The notes beneath the pieces were generated by a model. It made no database searches, was not told where the DNA came from, and worked only from the letters and a program-made list of their open reading frames with translations. A DNA stretch of 63,656 nt, the filler included, from Octopus bimaculoides (Eukaryota), in the NCBI RefSeq assembly GCF_001194135.2. It is 5 parts of 5 records of this genome, joined end to end, with 100 filler letters (N's around TTAATTAATTAA, not from the genome) between each part and the next. Parts side by side here need not be neighbours in the genome. Positions count along the whole stretch, not along the records: positions 35,245 to 44,658 come from NC_068985.1; positions 44,759 to 63,656 come from NC_069010.1; 3 more parts are not named here. One strand, given 5' to 3'. The position numbers and the translations under genes are program-made. Numbering within the stretch: position 1 is the first letter of the stretch; each line of letters begins with the position of its first letter. This document shows, piece by piece, positions 37,419-50,072 of this stretch.

Positions 37419-38396
37419 TAGGTGAAATTACTAAAGAAGGCTTGAATTTATATAATGAAATTATACTGGATCTTGGGTGGATAAAATGTCATACAATGAA
37501 GGAAAGAGGAAGCTGAAGTACAAAAGGTTGAGAACCATTGATTTGAGATATGTCTTTTTGTATTGAAGTTGATAAAATAGAATCAGAAAATAAAGTAAAA
37601 ATTTCTTTTCTTTTTACTTAGGGACATGTTCTGGATACTGGAAGGTATAATAAAGAAAAATTGTTCCAGCTGTTGGCTACCACCAAATTAGCCCAATTGA
37701 TTATTACCTATATATTTTGACAGGTTAAAACACTTTTGATTGATAACAATGCTTGTTATCAATCTCACTGGTTGACACATGTCAATAAATTTCTTATTTG
37801 ACCTGCTAGGAATAGCAGCAAAATCACCTTAGAAATTGTATCCTATCATCTTAAAAAAGGAAGGTCACACTGAATAAAGTAGCTCTAGTTTCATCATATC
37901 TTAAAAATAAATGGTTAATCATAGCTGCTAGAAAATCTTTCACAAAAGGTTTGTTCTGTCGGGTCTGGCCTAGAGGTCAAACAAATAAAACAAGAACTAC
38001 AACAGAATTATGCTCACACTCACTGACATACAAGTAAGATTAGTGATTTATTTTATGGTACATATGCTGCAATATGTTACAATGGTTGCTCTTGAGGATT
38101 TCAAGAAATTTACTACAAAACACCAAGATTAAAAGTTTTATATTGTTTGTACTTCAGTTAAAAAAAAAAAACAGATAAGAAATATAATATTACTAGGTTG
38201 CAGTATATTTGAGATCATTGAGTAAATAGATGTGGTTAAGAAGTTTGCTTCTCAACAATGTGGTTTGAGTTTCATTTCAAATGCATGGCACCATGGGCAA
38301 GTGTCTTCAGCTATAGCCCCATAGTCCTAGGATGACCAAGCTTTTGTGAATGGATTTGGGAGATGGAAACTGAAAGGTGTCCATCCCACTTGTCAC

Positions 38397-39375
38397 CTCA
38401 TCATCATCATCATCATCATCGTTTAACGTCTGCTTTCCATGCTAGCATGGGTTGGACGATTTGACTGAGGACTGGTGAAACCGGATGGCAACACCAGGCT
38501 CCAGTCTGATTTGGCAGAGTTTCTACAGCTGGATGCCCTTCCTAACGCCAACCACTCAGAGAGTGTAGTGGGTGCTTTTACGTGTCACCCGCACGAAAAC
38601 GGCCACGCTCGAAATGGTGTCTTTTATGTGCCACCCGCACAAGCCNNNNNNNNNNNNNNNNNNNNNNNNNNNNNNNNNNNNNNNNNNNNNNNNNNNNNNN
38701 NNNNNNNNNNNNNNNNNNNNNNNNNNNNNNNNNNNNNNNNNNNNNNNNNNNNNNNNNNNNNNNNNNNNNNNNNNNNNNNNNNNNNNNNNNNNNNNNNNNN
38801 NNNNNNNNNNNNNNNNNNNNNNNNNNNNNNNNNNNNNNNNNNNNNNNNNNNNNNNNNNNNNNNNNNNNNNNNNNNNNNNNNNNNNNNNNNNNNNNNNNNN
38901 NNNNNNNNNNNNNNNNNNNNNNNNNNNNNNNNNNNNNNNNNNNNNNNNNNNNNNNNNNNNNNNNNNNNNNNNNNNNNNNNNNNNNNNNNNNNNNNNNNNN
39001 NNNNNNNNNNNNNNNNNNNNNNNNNNNNNNNNNNNNNNNNNNNNNNNNNNTATCCTCCTCCATTCTCACCACATGTCCATACCAGCGCAATCGTCTCTCT
39101 TGCACGCCACAACTGATGCTTCTAATGTTCAGCTTTTCTCTCAAGATACTTACACTCTGACGGGTATTCACATTGACATTACACATCCAACGGAGCATAC
39201 TGGCTTCATTCCTTGCGAGCTTACGTATGTCCTCAGCAGTTACAGCCCATGTTTCACTGCCATGTAGCATGGTTGTTCGTACGCATGCGTCATACAGTCT
39301 GCCTTTTACTCTGAGTGAGAGTCCCTTTGTCGCCAGCAGGGGTAAGAGCTCTCTAAACTTGGCCCAGGCTATTCC
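38397..39375 (-). mobile_element. 5'-truncated RTE-clade LINE with (GAT)n tail, interrupted by a gap
   Basis: WAKFRELLPLL...GRLYDACVRTTMLHGSETW...RLRWYGHVVRM; the 3' UTR ends in (cat)n at 38397-38420. Confidence 0.92.
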
Positions 39376-39392
39376 ATAGATACATATATGTG

Positions 39393-39423
<31 letters not shown>

Positions 39424-39814
39424 TGTGTGTACATGTGTGTGTTTGTACATGTGTGTATGTTACTATCTCTTTGTTTTGAGATCACATATTGGAAGTTTAA
39501 TGTCACCTTCATACAAATGGTGCCAACAGACATATATCTGACATAACTGTGTGATCCGTCACCCTTGTATAAAATGTAATGCAAGGCTGGAGAATTCACC
39601 AACCACCCAATCAACCAACACATGCACACACACACACATGCAGGCATGAACGCACACATCTGTGCTGGTTCAATCATGTACATTGCATGCCGGTTGGGAG
39701 GAATTGACCATCAGCACAAGAGCACAAGGACAACTTCATCTTCATTTCAAGGACATCTCCAAGAAAGATATGAAGTCAACAAATTTGGATGTCCTGGAGA
39801 CAAATATTCTTTTC

Positions 39815-40022
39815 TAATCTAGGCGCAAGGCCTGAAATTTTGGGGGAGTGGGGGTGGCAATCGATTAGATCGACCCAAGTATACAACTGGTACTGAATTT
39901 ATTGACCCTGAAAGGATGAAAGGCAAAGTCAACCTTGGCGGAATTTGAACTCAGAACATGACAGGTAAAATACCGCTAAGCATTTTGCCCAGTGTACTAA
40001 TGTTTTTGCCCGGTCACTACCT
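39815..40022 (-). mobile_element. SINE family B
   Basis: gaaaggatgaaaggcaaagtcaacc.tggcggaatttgaactcagaac. Confidence 0.85.
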
Positions 40023-40039
40023 TCCTGGAGACAAATATT

Positions 40040-40290
40040 GCAAAAGAGGATGAAATGAGGGGAAGAGAAACCAGAACTTTCCACCAATGAAAAGAGCACT
40101 TGAAGAAAGGAAAAGAAAGTAGCACTTATAAAGAGCTTCTTCAAATGCAGTCACTGTATGTGTGTCCGCCACTCTTGTGTGGGTTTGCACAGCCACAACT
40201 GATGCATCACCATCAGTGGCTGACACAAATTCTCCAAGCACAGATATCTGGCTTCTCAAGACCAACGGATGCCTACTATGGCATATGTAG
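40040..40290 (+). mobile_element. RTE LINE extreme 3' fragment
   Basis: FKCSHC...HSCVGLHSH...QDQRMP resembles the RTE C-terminal zinc-finger tail. Confidence 0.55.
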
Positions 40291-40732
40291 AGGAAGGATA
40301 TCCTGTTGTAAAACAAGGTCTCAATAAAACCTCCATCTAAAAACGAACTTGCATGTATTGTTTGAATGATGAAATACTTGTGTTTACTGAATAACTTCAT
40401 CGTTGTCATCGTCGTCATCACCGTCGTCGTCGTCATCATCATCATCATCATCATCAATATGGTGAAGAGAGTAGATTTAACAGAACCAGCTCACAGAAAA
40501 GGAAAGATTTTATATAAGGAAATACTACTAGAAAATGAAACTGAAATATTCAGTTTTTGGTGGTATGAGTACACAATTATGTGTAACAATATGAAAAGCT
40601 ATTCGGAAGTTTTGTTTCACATTTTTATTTTTAAATTTCAAAATATTTATTTTATTCATTTACCTCCTTCAGTCACTGAAGGAGTTTAGTTGATCAACTT
40701 GACTGCAGTACTTAAATTCTTTTTAAAAGTCT

Positions 40733-40913
40733 AGGCATAGGAGTGGCTGTGTGGTAAGTAGCTTGTTTACAAACCACATGGTTCCGGGTTCAGTCCCACT
40801 GCATGGCACCTTGGGTAAGTGTCTTCTATTATAGCCTCGGGCCGACCAAAGCCTTGTGAATGGATTTGGCAGACGGAAACTGAAAGAAGCCTGTCGTATA
40901 TATGTATATATAC

Positions 40914-40957
<44 letters not shown>

Positions 40958-41177
40958 TTGTTTGTCTGTGTTTGTCCCCCCCAACATTGCTTGACAACCA
41001 ATGCTGGTGTGTTTATACCCCCGTAAATTAGCAGTTCAGCAGAAAAGACCAATAGAATAAGTACTGGGCTTACAAAGAATAAGTCCTGGGGTCAATTTGC
41101 TCGACTAAAGGTGGTGCTCCAGCATGGCCACAGTCAATTGACTGAAACAAGTAAAAGAGTAAAAGAGTAAAGAGAGT
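40733..41177 (+). mobile_element. Full-length tRNA-derived SINE, family A, with internal (TG)n and (GTAAAAGA)n tail
   Basis: A-box/B-box-like head ggagtggctgtgtggtaag...ggttcagtccc; near-colinear with 46963-47364. Confidence 0.9.
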
Positions 41178-42220
41178 AATTATTCTATTTGTCTCTTTTT
41201 ACTGATCTACTGAGTCACAGGGATATAAACAAACCAACACCGGTTGACAAGTGGTGAGAGACAAACATACATGCACACATGCTCACACATATATAACATG
41301 ATTTTTTTCCATGCCAATTTTAAATCTATGATGTGTGTGTGTGTGTGTGTGTGTCTATGCCTCTGTATGTGCACGTGCCTCTTAACAATATGGATGAGGT
41401 TCTTGTACCACTTTTGAAGAAGAATATCTCAACTAATACCTATGTTTGAAACTAGTTCAACTTAAGACATTTTTGAAAAGTGTTGGTGAGTTAGTTGGTG
41501 GGATAGGCACAGAGAGTCATAAAAAAGGGAAAAGAAAAAGGAAATGGAAAGGATTCAACTAGTTACTCTGCAACAAATTAAAAATACTTATTGATAGTTA
41601 AAAATGTTATGGAAAATGGAAGAGCAAGTGACATAATTTTGGCAATTTTTACCTCCGCCTGGGTGGATTCAGATGAAACTTTTAGGGATGTTTGGCCTCA
41701 TGACTGGGATGAACTGACTAGATTTTGGGATCAATCCAGTACCAGACAAGGATTCTGGATTATTTTTCCTGTTTTTTTAAATTTAATTTTTGAGAGCGGT
41801 TGGGTTCATTTTTAGTATTCTTGTTTGTGAGAGCAGTCAAGTTTATTTCAGATATTCTCATTTTAAAAATCATCTCAGGCTAATTGTTGAGAGGAAGTTG
41901 GTGTTGCCTTGGCAGAGGTTTGCACTCTCTGAGTGCTCTTGTTTTATATGTTTTCTGACTTCAGTTGATAGACTTTCCTATTTCTTTAGTGCCCACAAAG
42001 GGCTAAAGTTGATAGACTTTCTTGCTCATTTCCTTATTTATTGGTGAAAGGATGGAAATTTGAAATAGCTTTAGCTAAAGATAAAATTATCTGTGTTTTT
42101 GGTGACAGCTTTCTAAAATTATTTAATTTGATTAGATATTAAAATCCAAAGTATATCAGGCGAACAACCTTATCATCTGATTTCACACGTATATGCACAC
42201 TTCTGCGTACACACACATAA

Positions 42221-42267
<47 letters not shown>

Positions 42268-42286
42268 CATACATACATACATACAT

Positions 42287-42321
<35 letters not shown>

Positions 42322-42333
42322 AACAAACAAACA
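42221..42333. repeat. Compound (GATA)(CATA)(GACA)(CAAA) microsatellite
   Basis: Direct inspection. Confidence 0.95.
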
Positions 42334-42449
42334 AGGGCAAATATTACAGGTTAGATACTGTTTGGGACAGACAGGAAAAAGTATGTACAATGACTGAATG
42401 TAAAGTTCATAAGCTGGTTGAGATATTTTCATGAAGTAAGTCAGTATCA

Positions 42450-42940
42450 CATGTGGAGAATTCCACTCATTTCACAAGACTGATCAAAGATACCCCATTG
42501 GATCCAACCAGATGGTGAGTCTAGATCTATTAAGTCTGTTCACCAAGGTCTCGACTGATGAAGCATTATCAGCAATTCATGACAAAATAATTGTGGACAC
42601 CTCTCTAAAGAAACATACTAGTATACCTATAGGGAACTTGATGGAAATGTTGACCTACTGCATAGAAACAACCTACTTCAGAAAAGGTACTGACATGTAT
42701 CAGCAAGAATGGGCCTGGCTATGGGTTTACCATTATCATCAGTAATGGTCAACATGTACACGGAATACTTTGAGAGTATGGCTCTAGTTTGAAGACCACT
42801 AAAGTCAATGCTATGGCTATGACATGTTGATGACATCTTCATACTCTGGCACCATTAGGAAGTTGTCCAAGTACTTTGGGATCATGTGAACTCAATAAGA
42901 CCATTCATGTAATTCCCAATGGAAAGAGAAAAGCACGATA
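42450..42940 (+). mobile_element. Penelope-like reverse transcriptase fragment, decayed
   Basis: MVSLDLLSLFTKVSTDEAL...LTYCIETTYF...YQQ, followed by frameshifted GxAMG/SP and HVDDIF motifs. Confidence 0.85.
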
Positions 42941-44109
42941 AGATCTCCTCCTCCTCCTCCTTACAGAAGCAGTGAATATGCTAGGACATGACAACCAAAA
43001 TCTAGTGAAAGCAACAATCAAGATGAGGACGACAGTCCAACTAATGTAAATAGCATACATATTTCAGTTTAATGTAAAGCTGTTTTTATTAAAACATAAA
43101 AACAAACATTAATCTATATTTTCATGAGTATTGCTTTTCTGTGTGTGTGTATATATATATATATATATNNNNNNNNNNNNNNNNNNNNNNNNNNNNNNNN
43201 NNNNNNNNNNNNNNNNNNNNNNNNNNNNNNNNNNNNNNNNNNNNNNNNNNNNNNNNNNNNNNNNNNNNNNNNNNNNNNNNNNNNNNNNNNNNNNNNNNNN
43301 NNNNNNNNNNNNNNNNNNNNNNNNNNNNNNNNNNNNNNNNNNNNNNNNNNNNNNNNNNNNNNNNNNNNNNNNNNNNNNNNNNNNNNNNNNNNNNNNNNNN
43401 NNNNNNNNNNNNNNNNNNNNNNNNNNNNNNNNNNNNNNNNNNNNNNNNNNNNNNNNNNNNNNNNNNNNNNNNNNNNNNNNNNNNNNNNNNNNNNNNNNNN
43501 NNNNNNNNNNNNNNNNNNNNNNNNNNNNNNNNNNNNNNNNNNNNNNNNNNNNNNNNNNNNNNNNNNNNNNNNNNNNNNNNNNNNNNNNNNNNNNNNNNNN
43601 NNNNNNNNNNNNNNNNNNNNNNNNNNNNNNNNNNNNNNNNNNNNNNNNNNNNNNNNNNNNNNNNNNNNNNNNNNNNNNNNNNNNNNNNNNNNNNNNNNNN
43701 NNNNNNNNNNNNNNNNNNNNNNNNNNNNNNNNNNNNNNNNNNNNNNNNNNNNNNNNNNNNNNNNNNNNNNNNNNNNNNNNNNNNNNNNNNNNNNNNNNNN
43801 NNNNNNNNNNNNNNNNNNNNNNNNNNNNNNNNNNNNNNNNNNNNNNNNNNNNNNNNNNNNNNNNNNNNNNNNNNNNNNNNNNNNNNNNNNNNNNNNNNNN
43901 NNNNNNNNNNNNNNNNNNNNNNNNNNNNGACAAATTTCGATTCAACATCACTTCAACTTCAATCGTTACTGTTCTCAATAAAAGTTTACGTTTTCATTCG
44001 CTAACAAGTTCACATTTACTGATGTAAGTAATTTCATCATTTACTAACAGAAGTACGGTTTTGTGTTTCCCTGTTGCTGAGGTTTTTTTTCTTCTGGTAC
44101 CTTCGATAC

Positions 44110-44658
44110 TGGCTCTTTGGTTCACTGAGTCTCATATATCTGGCAACATGTCAAGCAGCTTACTATGACAACCAGCATGAGGGTTCACATTCATGGTGAC
44201 CCGTTAGCCGCACAGTTCTCCAACAAGTTACTTGACATTGGAAATGGAAAACTTCCACAAGATCCAGAAGATAATCTGCATCATCTCCCATGTGGCAATA
44301 TGACTGCCTCCCTTGAAGAACTAAAGAGCAAGGTGTTTCCAAACATTGCCACAAACTACAAAAGTCAGAGGTGGCTATGTGAAAGAACAATTCGGGCACC
44401 AAGGAATGTTTCTGTAGACAAGCTGAATTTAAATTTGTTAACTCAGCTTCCAGGACCTGAATGTTCATACAGATCAATTAACTCTGTCCCTGATCAACAA
44501 CAGGCAACACATTACCCAGTGGAGTTCCTCAATTCACTTCAGCCACCAACATTTCCACCACACATTCTGATCGTGAAAATAGGTGCTCCCATAATGCTAT
44601 TAAGAAACCTTGATGCACCCAGACTCTGCAATGGAACAAGGTTGGTTGTTAAAACAGC
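44110..44658 (+). mobile_element. Helitron PIF1-like helicase fragment
   Basis: MRVH...FSNKLLDIGNG...YPVEFLNSL...PPH.L.VKIGAPIMLLRNLD..RLCNGTRLVV. Confidence 0.95.
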
Positions 44659-44758
44659 NNNNNNNNNNNNNNNNNNNNNNNNNNNNNNNNNNNNNNNNNN
44701 NNTTAATTAATTAANNNNNNNNNNNNNNNNNNNNNNNNNNNNNNNNNNNNNNNNNNNN

Positions 44759-45313
44759 ATCTGAAAAATCACCGAAATGTGAAAACTACCCACCCTCCCA
44801 TCTGTTATAACTTTTGTTGTTCTGTTTAATATGTACATAGATTATGCCTCCGTTTAAAAAGACAGCAACAGACTGCAGCAATTCACCACATTCCAGAAGT
44901 TACTTTGAACATAATGCAAAACGGTGCATCATTATCTACTGCCCAATCTGATAGAATTCTGGCAGAACTGTGTAGCAACAGATCGCCAGCAATTGCTTCA
45001 TCAGAAATTGCCGTCCTATCTCCTGCGAAAAGGAATTACCCTGCTATGTGTAATCAAGGCAGCGCAAAAAGTTGTTTTGCATAAACGTTTGTATAGCCAA
45101 TTAGCCGGATGAAATTTACGTACACTTAATAATGTTACACAAAACAGCCTTCAGACTTCCCCTATTAATTTAGTCTTTTGAATTATGAACATATTTACAT
45201 CATAAGGGTTTTTTCATTGTAAGGCTTTCTTTTTTAGTTGATTTTCACCTAGCAAGACTTATCGTAGATGGCGTAATAAGTCTCACCCGGACAACGTCAG
45301 GTTATACTGCTAG
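44759..45313 (+). mobile_element. Helitron 3' end
   Basis: Subterminal hairpin-like cccggacaacgtcagg (45286-45301) followed by CTAG (45310-45313) and then T. Confidence 0.7.
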
Positions 45314-46394
45314 TTTGAAATAAAACAGACGACGGCAAGACTAATTATGGTAAACGAGAAGGACAAGAAAAAAAGGAAAACAACAAGTTGTAGAAGGAGA
45401 AAAACAAGGAAAGAAAGAAGAAAAAGAAGAAAGAAAGGATTCCAAGCAGAAGAAGAGAGGACTCCAAGAAGAGGAAAATAAATTTAGAACAAGTAACAGA
45501 AAACGGAAAGAGAAAGAAATAAAATAATGAAAAAGTAAACAAAGAAGAAAAAGAAGAAGAAGATGAAAATGAAGAACAAGTGCAACAACGATAAACACAA
45601 CAAAAAAAACACAGAAGGAAGTATAAAAAAGGAGGAAAAAGAGAAAGAAAGACGGGGAGAAAATAAATATGAAGAGAAACAAGCGGAGCAGGAAGATATT
45701 GATTTGAATAATAAATCGATGTCTATGATGATGATGATGATGTTGGTGTTGATGAAGAGGATGAGGAAGGGCGTAATGACAGGAATGATGCTCAAGCTGA
45801 TGAGGATTATGGCAATAAAAATGCTGTCAATAATGATGATGACTATCATGATGGTAGTGATCTTGCTTACGTTAGTGATGATGATGATGATGATGGAGAG
45901 GATTATGAGGATTATGAAGATGATGATGAATTTTGAGGAAAAGAAAAGAAACGAAATGAAAGAAAGAAATGCAGAGGAAAAGGAAAGATAAGAAGAAGCG
46001 AGCGAAGGAAGAAAAAAGACATAAGAAATGCAGTTGCTGAAGAAGAAAACAGAAAGGTAAAAAAGTACATAAAAACGTAGAAATGTCGGTAAATTATCAG
46101 AAAGTGGAAAAGTCCAGTCATTCGATATACACCTGAAACTGCACAGCATCTGAAGAGTTTATTGCGAGAGAAATAGGAGTGAATTAATGAAACGACATTT
46201 TTGTTATTCCACAACACTAAAATAGTTTCTACATGTCGTCACAGCCATAAATTATTGATGAGATGATATCATTAATATACTTCGTAATCCTTACAATCAT
46301 TCAAAGCTGTAAAATATGCTTTCTCAATTGTATATTGGAAGGAGTTCTACGTTCCATCATACTTTCGTTTCACTGACACATGCTAAACTGATAC

Positions 46395-46562
46395 AGTTAT
46401 ACCTGTATATATTTATCTTTTACCTATTTTACTCATTAGATTCGGCCATGCTAGAACGCCACCTTGAAAGGTTTGAGTCGAATGTATCAACCCTGTAATT
46501 ATTTTTGAAGGCTTGTTACTTATTTTATTGGGTTCTTTTGCCGAACCGTTACGCGAGGGCGT
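46395..46562 (-). mobile_element. SINE family A tail fragment
   Basis: tcggccatgctagaacgccaccttgaa...cttttgccgaaccgttac. Confidence 0.65.
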
Positions 46563-46962
46563 GGAGAAGAAAATAGACTCCAAGATACACATGTATGTAT
46601 ATACATGCATCATATGACAGACCTGATTCCGTTTCTTTGTACCAAATCCCCTGTAAAGGAATTGGTGCACCCGAAGAGGAAAATCCGGTACACGAGTCTT
46701 GAACTACGTGGTTTGCAACAATCTTCTTACTAAACAGTCACCTGTGTCTGTATATATATGCTTATGTGTGTGTACGTGTGTGAGTGTGTGCATGAGGGTA
46801 CGTGTCTGTGTATGTGTGTGTGTTTGTGTAAATAAGAGTGCATATGATTGTGTGCGCGTGTTTAGCCCAGAAATTTTCTGAAATAGTTCTTCAAAGAAAA
46901 ACGAATTACTTTTTCAAATCTGAGTCCTAATAAATAGGTCATCCATAAATATTAATAAAAAC

Positions 46963-47120
46963 AGGAGTGGCTGTGTGTTAAGTAGCTTGCTTACCAACCA
47001 CATGATTCTGTGTTCAGTTCCACTGCGTGGCATCTTGGGCAAGTGTCTTCCACTATAGCCTCGGGCCGACCATAGCCTTGAGAGTGGATTTGGTAGACGG
47101 AAACTGAAAGAAGCGCGTCG

Positions 47121-47151
<31 letters not shown>

Positions 47152-47364
47152 GTGTGTGTATATGCTTGTGTGTCTGTGTTGGTCCCCCAACATCACTTGA
47201 CAACCGATGGTGGCGTGTTTACGTCCCCGTAACGTAGCGGTTTGGCAAAAGAGATCGATATAATAAGTATAAGGCTTACAAAGAATAAGTCCTGGGGTCG
47301 ATTTGCTCGACTAAAGGCGCTGATCCAGCATGGCCGCAGGCAAATGACTGAAACAAGTAAAAGA
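46963..47364 (+). mobile_element. Full-length SINE family A inserted into a duplicated intron block
   Basis: Colinear with 40733-41177; absent from the paralogous block at about 49755. Confidence 0.9.
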
Positions 47365-47825
47365 CTATCCCCTACGTGAAGTAAATCTCGATGAAAGTAT
47401 ATCACTCACACTTTCTCTTTGTGAGTGTTCATGTGAGTAAGGTATTTCGTTAGGGTATCAGAATGATTTTAAAACTATTTAAGACAATTATTAATAGCAT
47501 CATTTTCGCTTAGTAAATATAATTTTTCTTCCAAAGACAAAGAGAAACACACACGGACACAAACGTACACACCATAGACACACAGATATAAACATACATG
47601 ATTATATAAAACCATACTTTCATGCACAAAACATTTATTTATTCACACACAGAAAGACACATACAATTGTATACAACTTCAAACACTCACAAACGGAGAT
47701 ATAATGATGAAATATAAATTAGGAAGGCAGTGAGAGAGAGAGAGAGAGCAAGGGTAGTAAAGAGATGATATGAAATTTCTAGTGATATTACCTTCATAAA
47801 TATTATCCACAAAAAATGAACTTAC

Positions 47826-47897
47826 AATCTCTGTAAATTGGTAAGATCCTGGAAGATTCCACGGTCGATTTTCTTGATTTTATTATGGTTCAAACTT
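47826..47897 (-). CDS. LRR exon 9 (type A): SLNHNKIKKIDRGIFQDLTNLQRL
   Basis: 72 nt, atgcaacag|A ... TT|gtaagt, phase 2-2, matches LxLxxNxIxxIxxxxFxxLxxLxxL. Confidence 0.9.
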
Positions 47898-48324
47898 CTG
47901 TTGCATAAAATAGATTATAAAGGAAATAGTACAGGAAATTATTTAGTAAAACATTAAATTTGGAGATCTATGAAATAGAAAAGCGTGATAATGATAATGA
48001 GGTAGAGGAGCCATAGGAGGTGGTGGAGGAGAAGGAGAAGTATGAGGTGGGTAGGAAGTGAAGAGAGGAAGCAAGAGAAAAGGAGGAGGGGAAGAGAAGG
48101 ATTGGGAGCAGGGAAGGAGGTGGAAGGAGATGATGATTATGATAATGATGGTGATGCTGAACATAAAGATAAATAATGAGGGAAGGAGAGGAGCAGGTGC
48201 GGAGGGGACGGGGTGGAGTGGAGTGGTGGAGGAGGAGGTGGAATAAAGAGGCGATACAATGGAAAAATGAGCGGACTAACGGAGATGAAGATAAACAAGA
48301 CGTAGAAGAAAAATGTGTAAAAAG

Positions 48325-48491
48325 TAATAGTAGTAGTAGTAGTATTAGTAGTAGTAGTAGTAGTAGTAGTAGCAGCAGCAGCAGTAGTAGTAGTAGTAGT
48401 AGTAGCAGAAGCTGAAGCAGCAGTAGGAGTAGTAGTAGCAGTAGTAGCTGTAGTACTAATACTAGCAGCAGTTCTAGTAGTAGTAGTATTG

Positions 48492-48533
<42 letters not shown>
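48325..48533. repeat. (TAG)n/(CAG)n microsatellite
   Basis: Direct inspection. Confidence 0.9.
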
Positions 48534-50000
48534 NNNNNNNNNNNNNNNNNNNNNNNNNNNNNNNNNNNNNNNNNNNNNNNNNNNNNNNNNNNNNNNNNNN
48601 NNNNNNNNNNNNNNNNNNNNNNNNNNNNNNNNNNNNNNNNNNNNNNNNNNNNNNNNNNNNNNNNNNNNNNNNNNNNNNNNNNNNNNNNNNNNNNNNNNNN
48701 NNNNNNNNNNNNNNNNNNNNNNNNNNNNNNNNNNNNNNNNNNNNNNNNNNNNNNNNNNNNNNNNNNNNNNNNNNNNNNNNNNNNNNNNNNNNNNNNNNNN
48801 NNNNNNNNNNNNNNNNNNNNNNNNNNNNNNNNNNNNNNNNNNNNNNNNNNNNNNNNNNNNNNNNNNNNNNNNNNNNNNNNNNNNNNNNNNNNNNNNNNNN
48901 NNNNNNNNNNNNNNNNNNNNNNNNNNNNNNNNNNNNNNNNNNNNNNNNNNNNNNNNNNNNNNNNNNNNNNNNNNNNNNNNNNNNNNNNNNNNNNNNNNNN
49001 NNNNNNNNNNNNNNNNNNNNNNNNNNNNNNNNNNNNNNNNNNNNNNNNNNNNNNNNNNNNNNNNNNNNNNNNNNNNNNNNNNNNNNNNNNNNNNNNNNNN
49101 NNNNNNGGAGGGGAGAAGGAGGAGGGGAGAAGGAGGAGGGGAGAAGGAGGAGGGGAGAAGGAGGAGGGGAGAAGGAGGAGGGGAGAAGGAGAAGAAGGAG
49201 GAAAATAAAATGAGACGTGGAAGAAAAAAGGAGAAGCGGAAAAAGTAAAGACTGATAAAATATTAAAATTGTGTCGAGAATAAACTGAAGGACGGAATGT
49301 GAGAATGATAACCATGGTGATGATGATATGATGAGGAAGATGGTGATGATGGTGATTATGAAGTTAATGACGGTGATGGTGCGGAACGGTTTAAGCATGA
49401 TGGTGATGACCATCTTAATGTCAATATCATCGAATAATCTCACGGTTTGGATGTTGATGTTGATAATAATTATTGATTAGGACAAGAAACACTAGTGATG
49501 AATATGTTGATGATGACGATAATACTGATGAAGACGTGATGATGATGTTGAAATGCATTGAGAAAAAGAAAGGAAAGGAAAGGAAAAGAAACAAAGAGAT
49601 GAAGAAAGAAACAAAGAAAGTATTGAAGGAAGATGTGATTATGTAGGTGTGTTCATCTCAGAACGGTTCTGAAAATTTCTTCCTCGAGAAAAACGAATTC
49701 CTTTTTGAAATCTGAGTCTCATAGAATAGGTCATCCATAAATATTAATAAAAACTTATAATTACCTACGTAAAATATCTCTCGAAATGACACGTAACACA
49801 CATATATAAACATTTATATTCACATAAAATGGACGAAACATTTATTCACTCAGACACATACACTCGTACGTATATTTTGTACGCACAAACAAATATATAA
49901 TGACAGAATAGGAATTTGAAAAGCAGAGAGGAAAAGAAGATATGAAATCTCTAGTTATACTGCATTAATAAAAAAAAATATCGACAAAAACGGAACTTAC

Positions 50001-50072
50001 AACATCCACAAACTGGTAAGATTTTGGAAGATTCCTCGTTCGATTTTCTTGATCTTATTATGATCCAAACTT
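50001..50072 (-). CDS. LRR exon 8 (type A): SLDHNKIKKIERGIFQNLTSLWML
   Basis: 72 nt, atgtaacag|A ... TT|gtaagt, phase 2-2, open. Confidence 0.9.

Noticed and set aside
45341-46217. Poly-E/K/M/F ORFs resembling acidic or membrane proteins (also 47968-49443, 56172-59010)
   Set aside because: Low-complexity GAA/GAT intronic repeats with no splice or domain evidence
46080-46220. RNKLFRCCA segment resembling an LGR hinge CC motif
   Set aside because: Weak donor, incompatible phase, and it runs into low-complexity sequence
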